Assembly: GCA_951406725.2 (NCBI GenBank)
Contig: OX597834.1
Location: 44,082,001 to 44,146,000, forward strand
Direction: 5' to 3'
Source of the DNA: Octopus vulgaris
Taxonomy: Eukaryota
Length of the DNA stretch: 64,000 bases
The notes below the pieces were generated by a model. The model ran no database searches and had not been told where the DNA came from. It saw only the letters and a program-made list of their open reading frames with translations. Of the stretch, positions 1-12,790 are shown piece by piece. The position numbers and the translations under genes were made by a program. How positions within the stretch are numbered: position 1 is the stretch's first letter; each line of letters starts with the position of its first letter.

Positions 1-372
1 GTAGCATGCTTACGAACCACATGGTCCCGGGTTCAGTCCCACTGCGTGGCACCTTTGGGCAAGTGTCTTATACTATAGCCTCGGGCCAACCAAAGCCTTG
101 TGAGTGGATTTGGTAGATGGACACTGAAAGAAGCCCTTCATATATATGTATATGTATATGTGTGTGTGTCTGTGTTTGTCCCCCCAACATCGCTTGACAA
201 CCAATGCTGGTGTGTTTACCTCCCCGTAACTTAGTGGTTCAGCAAAAGAAACCGACAGAATAAGCACTAGGCTTACAAAGAATAAGTCCTGGGAGCGATT
301 TGCTTGACTAAAGGAGATGCTCCAGTATGGCCACATTCAAATGACTGAAACAAGTAACAGAAGTAAAGAGTA
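1..372 (+). mobile_element. tRNA-derived SINE, family A (5' end cut by window edge)
   Basis: B-box-like GGTTCAGTCCC at 31-41, internal (TA)/(TG) tract, tail GATGCTCCAGTATGGCCACATTCAAATGACTGAAACAAGTAA; colinear with full copies at 50167-50571 and 60113-60514. Confidence 0.9.
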
Positions 373-384
373 ACACATCATACA

Positions 385-1025
385 GGGTCAGCATTTGAAT
401 CAACCCTATCTGGCCCCAATATGCAATCTGCTTTATGTTCAAACCAACGAGATCCAGCCTATCACACCTACCCTTCAATGCCATCGTACAAATATAAAAT
501 CATATCAGTGTTCCTAAGCTACAAAATAATGCATGATTAATTAAGCGCAATGTGAATGGGCATCCGTGGTAGTGGAGTGCTAAGGGCACCATACGAGTGT
601 GATCATTGCCAGGGCAACAAGCTGGCCTCTGTGCCGATGGCATGTAAAAAAGCACCATTTGAGTGTGATCGTTACCTGCATCGCCTTACTGGCATTTGTA
701 CTGGTGGCATGTGAAAAAACATTCGAGCAAGGTCACTGCCAGTGCCGCTGGACTGGCTCCTGTGTAGGTGGCACATAAAAAGCACCATTTGAGTGTGACT
801 GTTGCCAGTACCAAATAAAAGCACTCACTACACTCTCGGAGTGGTTGGTGTTAGGAAGGGCATCCAGTCGTAGAAACTCTGCCAGATCAAGATTGGAGTC
901 TGGTGCAGCCATCTGGTTTGCCAGACCTCAGTCAAATCGTCCAACCCATGCCAGCATGGAAAGCGGACGTTAAACGATGATGATAGTGATGATTGACAAA
1001 ATAATCTGAACACTTAAGGATTTTA
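385..1025. mobile_element. Possible degraded short TIR element (piggyBac-like MITE) split by the family-G insertion
   Basis: 385-558 and 992-1025 read as one interrupted unit ending ...AATCTGAACACTTAAGGATTTTAA; resemblance to an octopus repeat is from memory only, TIRs are degenerate and there is one copy here. Confidence 0.3.
559..992 (+). mobile_element. Non-autonomous retroposon family G (RTE-like signature, (GAT)n tail) with internal ~65 bp tandem units
   Basis: GGTTGGTGTTAGGAAGGGCATCCAG motif; 3' end CCAACCCATGCCAGCATGGAAAGCGGACGTTAAACGATGATGAT shared with minus copies at 1716-1812 and 6931-7091; units start near 586, 652, 718, 782. Confidence 0.75.
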
Positions 1026-1334
1026 ACTATATCTAAAAATGACTCTGGTTTCCAATTTGAAGAGGTCCTGCAATGTGCGCTGCTGTTCTTCTTGTATAAT
1101 ATATACACAACCAATAATGTGTTTAGCATCCAATACAGGCATCAGATATATAGCAATATGCATATAAAATGACAAAAAAAAATGAGATTTTAATATGTTT
1201 CGTTGTTATGAGATAACAGCTGGTACATGCATCATGCAATATGAATCCTGCTGCAATTATCTGGCTGCAGTTTGAAAATTACACAGCCTGGTTTTAATTA
1301 AGTACCTGCAGTCAACTTTATATATTCCGCATAT

Positions 1335-1710
1335 ATCTTTTGCGTGCTTCAATCATTGGATTTTGGCCATGCTGAGGCACTGCCTTGGAGAATTTCTTTT
1401 TTTTAGCCGAATGAATCGACCGCAGTACTTTATTTTTGGAGGTCTGGTTGCTTATATTGTTCTCTTTTGCTGAACTGCTAAGTTATGGGGATATAAACAC
1501 ACCAATACCAGTTGTCAAGCTGTAGTGGTGAGGGACAAACATAGGCACAAAGACATACACATATAGGTACATATACAAAGGGCTTCTTTCAGTTTCTGTT
1601 TAACAAGCCCGTGCACAAGAGTTTGGTCGGCCCGAGGCTATAGTAGAAGACACTTTCCCAAGGTGCCATGTGGCTTGGAAGCAAGCTTCTTACCACACAG
1701 CCACATTTGC
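1335..1710 (-). mobile_element. SINE family A, older diverged copy
   Basis: Reverse complement matches the family A head, body and tail with many substitutions and an internal deletion. Confidence 0.85.
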
Positions 1711-1715
1711 ACCTT

Positions 1716-1812
1716 ATCATCATTATCATCGCTTAACGTCCGTTTTTCATGCTGGCATGGGTTGGACAGTTTGACAGACCTGGCCAGCTGGAAGCTGTCC
1801 AGACTAACTGTC
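1716..1812 (-). mobile_element. Family G 3' fragment
   Basis: ATCATCATTATCATCGCTTAACGTCCGTTTTTCATGCTGGCATGGGTTGGAC is the reverse complement of the 940-990 tail. Confidence 0.8.
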
Positions 1813-2979
1813 ATATATATATATATATATATATATGACAATTAGTCTGGACTAATTTATATATATATATAAATTGGTCTTTTAATGATGGAACTCGAAG
1901 TAGATAAAGCTATAAATGATATAAATATTATAGCCATTCGAATATTAGGTTTAACATCCGTTGGATGGGAGAAGTGAGGGAGCCTCCAATTTTGTTTTTT
2001 TCCAACCTAGGATTTTTTTATTAATAGAGCGATTATTACTTAATAGCTGTTAACTACTTCGAAATTCATTGTTAAAAATATAATTTACTTAATATCTCTC
2101 GAAATTACCAAATTCTTATAATACAAACCCATTCACACACGGACACACACACACACACGCACGTGCTGTTTTAAGTGTGTTGGTTAGAACAACGGTTTTA
2201 TAACTCACTTGGTTTCGTCTTTGAATTCCAGGCATACAACAAAAATACACAAATAAAAAATAAAGTGGTTTTTATCTCAGCAAACCCAAGCTGCAGATAA
2301 AGGAAAAACCAATAAAGAAAAATTAACACAATTTTATTGCCAAAGAGATATGGCACCAACGAACACATCCACAGAATAAACAGAACAACAGATTTTTGTC
2401 TGCAGATAAACGTATTAATGGGGCTTCGTTACAACCAGAATACACAGAAGGAAATGATTAATGAAAAACAACGTTTGAATTTTACTATTCGAGTGGAAAT
2501 ATCAATAATTACAAAACTTGATGACATTTTGACCCATCCTTGTAATATATCTTCAGTCAAAAGCATCCCTTATCCATTTTCTAGATTTTTTTTCTCTTCT
2601 TTTTTATTATTATTATTTTTAGTTAGTTCCACTCTCTTTGTTTATCGACCTTAAGAGGAGAGAGAGGGAAAGGCAAGTTCTGTGCCGGGATTTAAAGAAC
2701 CACGGATAATGGAAAGTCGAAATAACGAACTGCAATATATAAGCTAAAAAGGAAGAATATTTCGAGTATTCGATATGCTAGAAACAGCAGCCGAATCTCC
2801 CAATTTCCGTCTAACCAGTCTTGTTAAGGAAAAGACATTAGATAAAGTAGTCCTAGGTGGTTATATCCACAACCGACATGCCCTTCCGAGTTTTTATTTC
2901 TTTTTTCGGTCCTGGTTGATCCTGGAATACTAACAATACCGAAAGTTTTAATTACAGACATTGAATATAAAGCTACAAA

Positions 2980-3150
2980 TATTGGTTTCGTATTTTGGTA
3001 CAAGATCAGGGGTGGGGTTAAGTCGATTACATCGACCCCCAGGATAAACCGGTACCCAAAAGGATGAAAATCAAAGTCGATATCGGTGGAATTTGAACTC
3101 AGAACGTTACAGACGGACGAAATGCTAACATTTTGCCAGCTTGCAACCCT
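2980..3150 (-). mobile_element. SINE family B, diverged
   Basis: AAGTCGATTACATCGACCCC...AAAGGATGAAA...GGAATTTGAACTCAGAACGT matches family B copies at 41990-42221 and 42425-42656. Confidence 0.8.
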
Positions 3151-3981
3151 AACACAGTCACAAGCATTATTAAGCAAGGAAGAGATAAACGGTTAATTAA
3201 ATTGACTCCAAAGAAATAACTAGGATCTTTATTTCTTTAGCTGAACTCGGGTAGAATCTTTAACCCAATTCCTTATAGAGTTAGGAGAGGAAATACTAAC
3301 GAAAATGATAACACTTTTATAGGAGGGAGAAACGAGACGATATAATATTTATTCTATCTGGAGAGTTAACAGCAACCAATAAAATTAATTAAAGTAGAAT
3401 ATTGGAAGCTCGGTGCTGCGGCTGGTCTTGTCAGGATATTATTCATCTTTTTATTTATTGACATTCGTCGAGGACAACGACGACCCGGTGGGAAGAATGT
3501 GCGATGGGTGGACCTGCTAAAAATAGCAGCTAAATCATACCCTAGACGGACACGTTGGATAACGTGGCCTCAGCTGCACTACATAGCAGCAATGAAAAAG
3601 ATTTTATGACAGGGTCTGTATTATGAGGATTAATCTAATGCTAACAACAACGATATTGGTGCCAAGAAAAAAATATGGTAAATTATACTGTGACCTCAGA
3701 ACATGTGCACTTATTTTACAGATCCGCTTAGATGTGATATTTGTCAGCCAAGCACCTTAACCGCTTCTTTCAATTTTGCTAAAGTGCTTCGCTCTGGGAC
3801 AATTAGATAATTAACAATATTACGATATCACCTTGCAGTTCTCTTCACTCTTTGCACAATAACAGAAGCAGTTCTTTATAATGGACACAACTGCTATGTT
3901 TGAGAGAAATATGAACGAAAAAGAGACACAAAAAATGGCAAATAGAAAGAATTAAAAAAAAGACGAGAGGAGAAAAGAGAA

Positions 3982-4024
<43 letters not shown>

Positions 4025-5604
4025 TATATATATATATATATATGAGGATAGTGTTGCCTAGTAACAGTCATCCGCAACAAAATTACGATGGATAAATGGA
4101 ATATTGCTTCTTTCTTTATATACAGAAAGAAAATAAAAGAAAATATGGCTTTTTTTTTTATATGTACTTCTAAGACACAAACAAAAATGTGTCCTTTTAC
4201 GATCTGCGGGATCGTTATTATGGCTGGTGTTTTTAGCAATTCGAAGAACCACGCGGAGGTTCGCTCATTCGTCGTTATTATTATTATTTTTTTTTTTTTT
4301 CGGTGTCGATTTAATCATCTGCAATAATTTTTATTTTTTAATTGTACCACCTCGTTAAGAAACTAATTAGAAGTAGATAAATGTTCAGTTTCTTTTTCAT
4401 TAATATATATAGAGTGTTCTAGTTCGTTTTCCGTCTCTTCTTTTATCTACCCCCGTCTTTCATCATCGGCTCCGAAGCGATTTCCATGTCGACTTTTTTA
4501 AACAACCGCTTCAAAATCTTAGACTTCCTCCAAGAAATGAATGAAAGTAAATAAGAAGAAAGAAAAGAAAGAGTAAGAAGAAAACCTGCCTCGCTACATC
4601 AACATCCGTTGTTTTCCTCACCAATCTGATGTTATTTTACTTTACCAAGACATGTCGTCCCACTTCCAGTAAATGGAAGCTGCTTTTTTGTTTCTTTTTT
4701 TGAAAGCATCTAATTTCCTACCAAATTCTAATAATAATGAATGCAAAAAAAAATCTGTAATCTCGTTTAATTAAAGTGGAAGATAAAAATAAGAGTGAAA
4801 ACAAGAAGAAGAAGAAGAAGAAGCAAAAAAATAATCGAAGAGAGATCGTTGTTGAAGTTTGTGTTGTCGATATTATTATTATTATTATTATTTGCTGTTG
4901 TTGTCGCTGCTGGTTGATGTCGATCGTCTTCCAGTTTAAATAAGAGGCAGACAGAGAGGAACGAAGAGGAAGGACTGCATGGGAGAGAGAGAGAGAGATG
5001 CTCAGAAGGAGAGAGAGACAGAGAGAGAGAAGTAGAGGGCCAGGTAAAAGATAGAGGGTGGAAGAGCTGTGTAGAGGGGGACGAGATATTTGGAGGGGAG
5101 AGATGGAGAAAGAGAGATCTTGGAGAAGAGAAGAAGAGAGACTATTTATATGACATTGAAAAAAGGAGAGAGACGGGAAAAGAGAATAAAACGAAGGAAA
5201 TCAGTGAAAGAGAGAGAGAGAGAGAAAGTGTGTGGAGGGGAAAGAACGTGTGGAAAAAGATGGAAAAAGTGAGAGAGCTGTGTGGGAGAGGAGCGAAGAG
5301 AGAGAGAAGGATACAATGCCTCATTCAGAAAGAAATATGTAGTGAATGAGGAGGTAATGAGAAAGAGAAAGAGAGAGTGTGTGTGTGTGTGTGTGTGTGA
5401 ATAGAGATTTGATGTGTAGACAATGTGGCTGATTTTCACGACTAATTAATGTCGAGGTGTGTTTGAGGTGGGAGAAGCGACGAAATGTGAAAGGAACCAC
5501 AACTTCGAGCACAAAGACCAGAACACTGAATAGAACACGAGTATATGACTGGTACTTAGCAAATCCGGGACTTAAGAACTCTTACGTATTTTATCCGGGT
5601 TTTT

Positions 5605-5701
5605 TTTATTACCCAAAAAGGGGCTAAACGCAGAGGGGACAAACAAGGACAGACAAACGGATTGAGTCGATTACATCGACCCCAGTGCGTAACTGGTACT
5701 T
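5605..5701 (-). mobile_element. SINE family B 3' fragment
   Basis: GGGGCTAAACGCAGAGGGGACAAACAAGGACAGACAAACGGATT..GTCGATTACATCGACCCCAGTGCGTAACTGGTACTT. Confidence 0.85.
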
Positions 5702-5746
5702 AAGAACTGCTACGTATTTTATCATCAACACTGTGGTTGCCTTTTT

Positions 5747-5981
5747 GGTACTACTTAAGAAGAGTGGTCCCGGTGCGCGCACTCGCGCAAGCTAGTCGTG
5801 ACTAGTCGATCCTTACTTTGTGTTTTTGTGTCTTATTTACTTTGTGTAAAAAAAATTATTTATTTTGTGTTTTATTTACTTTGCTAAGTAGTCGTTGTAG
5901 GATCGACTAGTCACGACTAGCAAGTGCGGATGCTCGAGTACGCGAGTGCGCGCACCGGGACCACGCTTCTTAAGTAGTACC
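5747..5981. mobile_element. MITE (non-autonomous DNA transposon) with bipartite TIRs
   Basis: 5747-5787 is the reverse complement of 5941-5981 (41 bp, 1 mismatch); 5791-5813 is the perfect reverse complement of 5899-5921; AT-rich interior; imperfect flanking duplication GCCTTTTT/GCTTTTTG. Confidence 0.85.
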
Positions 5982-6462
5982 GCTTTTTGTGGGGTTCTCT
6001 AAGACGCGGTACTTATTGTATAAATTTCGGGGTTTGTTGAAAGTTTTGACTGGTTTATTGATGTTTGGTGGAAGCTTGTGGGACAACGTTTCAACATGAA
6101 TAGTATTTGCAGGGGAAACGTGGGGGATTTCATTTCTTAGAATGTGTAAGAGAGAGAAAAAAGTAGGTTTCATTCTGTTGGATCAGAATTAACAACGAAT
6201 GCAGCAATTGGGGTTAAATATATAATACACATGGAATATACACACACGGGACCTGTGAGTGGGAAGTTCATCCGCTACATCAGTACAGGTCCCGGAGAGC
6301 CCCTAAATTATCTGTGCTTACTCATCCCGAGGAAAAAGGTAGAGCGAAAAAACACAAAAAGAAATGTTCATTCAGTACATTTGAATTTTAAAAATGAACT
6401 TCATCTCGGACGCCGAAAGCAGTTTTGTTCTGCCTTACAGAATAAATCGCTCTCAGAGGCCC

Positions 6463-6518
<56 letters not shown>

Positions 6519-6930
6519 TACAGTGTTCCTCGTGCTCTGAGCAATATTTATTTATAGCTGTGCTCGATCGTTACATAAACTTCTAACAATACAAAGTATG
6601 CGTAAAACAAAAAGCGGAGAAAAACAACACCGTGGACGCCTTTAATTAGATTTACTCGACCTAAACAGGTTTATAGAAAACAAAGATGGGCAAAGCCAGC
6701 TGAAATAAACCGGCGCATTAGACAAGTTTTTATCTTTCATTCATTCATTTAAAGTTCCCAAATTTGCGGGGGGGATTTGACGAGGACGATCGTATAATTA
6801 TTATGCAACGTGAAAATATATATATATATATATATAACTTATAAACAAGGGCAAAAGAAAAAAATTCTAATGCCAAATATGCCGAAAATAGACAAATTAT
6901 CAATAACCATACAATTTACCACTATAAATA

Positions 6931-7088
6931 TCATCATCATCATCATCATCATCGTTTAACGTCCGCTTTCCATGCTAGCATGGGTTGGACGGTTTAACTG
7001 GGGTCTGGCAAGCCCGAAGGCTGCACCAGGCCAGTCAGATATGGCAGTGTTTCTACAGCTGGATGCCCTTCCTAACGCCAACCACTCC

Positions 7089-7091
<3 letters not shown>
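6931..7091 (-). mobile_element. Family G 3' fragment
   Basis: (ATC)n-GTTTAACGTCCGCTTTCCATGCTAGCATGGGTTGGAC...GGATGCCCTTCCTAACGCCAACCACTCCGAG, then truncated at (AT)n. Confidence 0.85.
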
Positions 7092-7134
<43 letters not shown>

Positions 7135-7255
7135 AATTACTACGATGATCCGGTTCTTGACTGAAGACTGAGGGTTTCGAATGTCCTGTCCGTGTTTATT
7201 GTATCGTCTTCTAAGAGTTATACGTTCTTGTCCATGTTGTATTTTTCTACATACC

Positions 7256-7289
<34 letters not shown>

Positions 7290-9311
7290 TGGATGGATAG
7301 ATAGATATAGATATGTGTGTGTGTGTATGTATATATATTAACATTTCTACAAAAATGATTAATTTAATAATGACAAAATGCAAAAATCTAAATAACACTC
7401 CGTGGTATTCATTGAGAAAAGTGATCTGACAGATTCCCATTTGTAGCCATCCCTAAAGATATTCAATTATAATAGCATAAACTGTAAATAGATTTCTAAG
7501 GTTTTCGACCCTAAGCATTCAGTTCTTCAATTAACTTAAAATACTTCTTTATTATTGCAAAGACGTATCCTCGATGTTAATTCTTAGACCTGATCAGCAT
7601 GACTCGATTTGTGAACTTTTAAATTATAAGCACAATCTATCCGAAAGGGGGTTCCCCACAACTGAGTTTCATTGAGAAAGGCTAGAAGGCTAAAATTAAA
7701 AGACATTTATCAAGAAGTCATGCTGTAGAATCGAACCCGACACCTTGGGCTAGCGAAGCGAACTTCTTAAATATTTCGACAAGCCATAGACTAATTGTAC
7801 GTCAATGTTCTTATATAGTCATATTCTGCGGTTTCTATAAAACACACTACTCAAGTGAACAGAAGAAAAAGAGAGAGAGAATAGCAACAAACTCTAAAAA
7901 CAACAATGTGTATTATTAAATAACCTTAAAAAAATCTGGATGGTCATGGCAAGATAGATTCTGAACCATGGATCAACTCGATTAGGACTGACCTGAGGCT
8001 CAACGTATAACAGAAGTTGTATTTTATAATAGTTGACGGAAATCAAAAAAGCGGACGAGGGGGCTTTTGCAGTAAATTTGAATATACAGTTTGAATTGCC
8101 AGAAATGGCAGTCAAATCTCTAGTCGTATCTTACCAACTTAAAACAAGAGAAACAGCGTACGATAAGGAAACGAGACTATGAGACCCACCTCAATATTGG
8201 TAGGATCTTTCTTGAAATGATACTATTAGGCAGGCTAATTTTCTGGGATGCGTGTATGTGTGCAGATATTGGTAGTTTTAAATGCACTATGATTCAAAAT
8301 TAGATGAGATGGTCATGAATGGAATGTCTTTGACGGTAAAGCTGTTCTGTAGTGACCGACTGAACTGGAGCAAAACGCAAAAAAAGCGTGAATTATACAG
8401 GCGAGAGAAAGAAAGGTTAAAGCTTGTAAGAGAAAAGGAGAGAATTTGAAGTGACAAAAACTTGGTTGAGATCTCTAATAAAATAATAAATATGAAGAAA
8501 AAAAAACAACATATAAGTGAGGTGGGGCCCTAATTGTTTGGGGGGATTTCTTTGCGAAAAAGAGTGGGGGTGGGTGGGGGTTGTTTTAGAAGGAAATACC
8601 AAGAGTGTGAGTGATTGCTTTGCAGGGTTAGTCTGGTTTTGCCTCTTTTTTGCTCTTGATCATTTCGATTGTATGTCATCATAATTTGCCGCACCTCACA
8701 CGAAAATTGAGAGATGGAGAAGATGCTGGGGAGGCGGAGGATGAGGAGGAGGAAATACATTAAAAAGAATGTGGAAAGCTGAGCAAATTACACATCAAAG
8801 GGTTTCTTATTTTTCAGAGGGGAGAGGTGATAGAGAGAATTTCTTATAAAAGGGAAGAAGGGAGAGAGGTTTTAAGGGTTCAATAAGCATCTGATAGTAC
8901 GACGTCCTTTTTCTTTTTTTTTTCCCGCTCAAATATTAGAAGCGCCAATGCGATGCATATATGTGGAGTTGTGAGAGTTTTATAAACATGAAAAAGTACT
9001 TAAAGCAGAAAAATGGAGAGGAAATATTGATTGCGGTGCCGAGATTAATATTTCGTGTTTTAGCGATGGTCGTCGTCTAAACATTAACTTCATGCCTATG
9101 GTGTGAGCGCATGTGTAGGTTATATATATATATATGTGCATATTATATATATATATATATATATATATACATGCATGTGTGAATATGTGCGTAGATACAT
9201 ATTAACAAAACAGCATATATATATATATATATATACACACACGCACACTATACCCACGTGTACATATATAACTGTATCGTAAATCTAATACACGCACCAC
9301 ATACACACATG

Positions 9312-9383
<72 letters not shown>

Positions 9384-9501
9384 TGAAAGAGATAAACAAA
9401 ATACACACACCATATATATATATATAAAATATAAATATATGCATATATACATACATACACATACACAACTCGCGTATACATATAAATGTATGTAAACCTA
9501 A

Positions 9502-9900
9502 TAGGCGTGCTGTGTGGTAAGAAGCTTGCTTCCCAACCACATGGTTCCGGGTTCAGTCCCACCTCGAAGCACCTTGGGCAAATATCTTCTAGTATAGCCT
9601 CGGGCCAACTAAGGTATTATGATTCAATACGATAGGCGGAAACTGAGAGAAGCCCGTGGTATATATAAATATAAGTGTGTACGTTTTTGTGTTTCTCCCC
9701 GCCCTCCCCCCAAGCCATCGCTTGACAAACGATGTGGGTGTGTATACGGCCCTGTAACGTAGCAGTTCGGCAAAAATGGTCCGATAGAATAAGTACTAGG
9801 CTTTCAAAGAATAAGCCCTGGGATCGATTTCTTCGACTAAAAAATCCTTTTAAGGCGGTGCTCCAACACGGCCGCGGTGAAATGACAAACAAGTGAACAG
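9502..9900 (+). mobile_element. SINE family A, near full length
   Basis: Head GGCGTGCTGTGTGGTAAGAAGCTTGC..GGTTCAGTCCC and tail GGCGGTGCTCCAACACGGCCGCGG..ATGACAAACAAG. Confidence 0.9.
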
Positions 9901-11048
9901 ACACTATACTATGTATGTATGTATGTTATTATCAAACGCCAGGTGAGGAGCGTGGCATCAATTAATTAGGGCATGACCCTAGCCCTAAGAAAACCCTAAG
10001 CACAACAAACAGTCCTTCCTCACCATTTCCGGATATAATTAGTTCTGAATGGGAGATGATAAAGAAATGTTTACTTCTGGATCCCTCTCCCACCTATATT
10101 AATGTATAATCCGCTTTGTTTTTTAATTATATTTAACACTCTTTAACAACAGGTAATATAAACTTTATTATTCAAAGCTAATGCAACATGTGAATACACA
10201 AAACCTTTGCTTCAAGGTAAATCCGAAAAAAGGGTGGAGAAATCCGTAACAGTCAAAAACACCAATATTTAACATTTTATTCAATTTAGGGTCTGATGGT
10301 AATCAGCATATAAATATTGATTTCATATTTGGGCAAAGACCAGGTAAGTTGATTACATCGATCCCGAAAGGATGACAGGCAGAGTTGACCTCGGCAGAAT
10401 TTGAACCCATAACGTGATGACAAGATAAAACCTGCATATGAACATTAGCTGTGTTTTTTTCGATGGGTGGATGAGATTATATAAAACATGACAGAACGTT
10501 TAAGCAGTGCGTTTCGCAATGATTGAGGTGTCGTAACATTTTTTGGCAAAAAGCCGAGTGTGTGAAATTGGGTACATAAAAAGAAAACCGTACGGAAAAA
10601 CCGGATTGAAAGAAAAAATCCAACAACTACACCACTGGGTCGCGTTGATTCTGTCTGGGAATAACACGTGCCCGTGGAATGTTCAAACGCTTAACACATG
10701 ATTTCAAGTAAGCAGTTAAACGACTGGACAGGAATTGTCGATACTGACGGAGGCTGACAGAGATGACCTTTATAAAATCAAACCCCCACACCTCGAGCTG
10801 ACGTTTAGGGGTGAGCTCTGTATATCGATATATCTACGAAGGAGACAGACCAACACTAAATTACACAGACTATTTGTATTGGTTAATGAATAAAAGTAAT
10901 TAATACGCAAGGTGAATGAAAAAAGGTAGAGAAAGAGAGATGACAACTGAAGCCAGTTAAAGAAGCGGAACCAGCTTATACGGAAAAACAGAAGTGTCCC
11001 AGTATGGCCATAGTCCAGTGACTGAAAAAGATAAATAGGTATCGCTCC

Positions 11049-11092
<44 letters not shown>

Positions 11093-11283
11093 CTCTTAGA
11101 ATGAAGACCACCAAGTTATAGAAATGCAACGAACCAGTGATTGGTTCATTAGAAACCTGTAACCAATGGTGCTATTATTTACAAATTTCGGCATGAAATA
11201 AAGTAAAATAAACTGAGACAAGCAATGGTGTACCATATCTAATGACTCAACACTGTAATATAGACTGATATCATCAGTGTGTA

Positions 11284-11349
11284 TTACTTGGAATTGAACT
11301 TGGAATCTTGGGGTTAGTAGCCCGTGCTCTTAACCACTACGCCATTTGC
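11284..11349 (-). mobile_element. tRNA-like SINE head within a unit bounded by 22 bp direct repeats
   Basis: Reverse complement GCAAATGGCGTAGTGGTTAAGAGCACGGGCTACTAACCCCAAGATTCCAAGTTCAATTCC has A-box TGGCGTAGTGG and a degenerate B-box; acceptor stem does not pair. Confidence 0.55.
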
Positions 11350-11809
11350 TCATGGGCTATTTTTTTATTAAGTCACAGAAATGCAACGAACCAGTGATAT
11401 ATATATATACATAAAGCGGACATTGCATGCTTGAGTGAAAGCTTTGGAATGAGAAAATATAATATATATTGACCCTACATATTTAATCGATATCTTTTTA
11501 GGCTCATCAAAGTACTTTGGATACATCAGAAACACACACGTTAGAGTATGTTTGTATTTACAACGGTTTAAAAATAATTCAGTCGTGTTCCGTTTCGACA
11601 ATCATCGATAATAAAATATATACCAAACTGATTTAAGTACTGCATTTGATGTACCAGTGCTCCGAGACAGTTTCCATTTACCAAATTCCGATCATTAAAA
11701 GAAAAGAAAACAAAAAAACAACCAAAATAAACCTGTAGAAATTGGTCAAGGTAACGTGCATTGCGATTGAAACCGAAAGTGATATTTCTCAACCACACAT
11801 TATGAACGT

Positions 11810-12165
11810 CTCAGCACATGGTCTGTGTGGTGTTGAAACTCGTTTCGCAGCCACGTGGTTCTGAGTTCGGTCCCACTGCGAACAAATATGTCTTCTGCTA
11901 TAAGCATGGACTGACCAAGGCATTGGGAATGAATTAGGCGGAAACTCTGTGTGTGTGTGTGCGGACACACAAACACACGTGCGCCTTTTTTGTCTCATGA
12001 ACGATTGACAACCGGCGTTGGTTTGTTTTCGGCTCTCACAAGCTAGCGGTTCGGCGAAAAAGTAATTGATGAAGTGTACTGGGATCTATTTATTCGATTG
12101 AATCCCTTCAATGCGGTGCCCCCCAGCAGGGCCGAGAGTCAACGAATGAAATAAGTGAAAGAATT
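11810..12165 (+). mobile_element. SINE family A, old diverged copy
   Basis: GTTCGGTCCCACTGCG..TCTTCTGCTATA..TTGACAACCGGCGTTGG..GCGGTGCCCCCCAGCAGGGCC. Confidence 0.75.
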
Positions 12166-12184
12166 GTTTTTGCGAGAGTGTAGA

Positions 12185-12227
12185 CAAACAGACAGACAGA
12201 TGGATAGATAGGTGATATAGAGGTATG

Positions 12228-12258
<31 letters not shown>

Positions 12259-12324
12259 GAGAGAGATAGATAGACAGATATATAGACAGACAGATCGATA
12301 GATAGATATATAGACAGACAGATC

Positions 12325-12364
<40 letters not shown>

Positions 12365-12418
12365 TATAGACAGACAGATCGATAGATAGATAGATAGACA
12401 GACAGATCGCTAGATAGG

Positions 12419-12490
<72 letters not shown>

Positions 12491-12563
12491 CAGATCGATA
12501 GATAGATAGATAGATAGACAGACAGATCGCTTGATAGGTAGATAGACAGACAGACAGACAGAC

Positions 12564-12611
<48 letters not shown>

Positions 12612-12790
12612 GGACAGACAGATAGATAGATAGACAGATCGATAGATAGATAAATAGATAGATAGATAGACAGACATCGATTGATAGATAGACAGACAGA
12701 CAGATCGATTGATAGATAGAATGATGATATTGATAGACAAATGATATAGATGGGTAGATAAATAGACAGATAAAGAGAGATGGGTGGGTG
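12185..12790. repeat. (GATA)n/(GACA)n compound microsatellite
   Basis: Direct reading; recurring variant GACAGATCGATA. Confidence 0.95.

Noticed and set aside
7135-7260. Possible hammerhead ribozyme (CTGAAGA), also sought in the SINE-B multimers
   Set aside because: No correctly placed GAAA core or pairing stems found by eye; needs a covariance-model search
9977-10000. Interstitial telomeric repeat
   Set aside because: Only three degenerate CCCTA units
10640-10780. WNVQTL peptide like an RTE endonuclease start
   Set aside because: Only one short motif, no supporting downstream motifs
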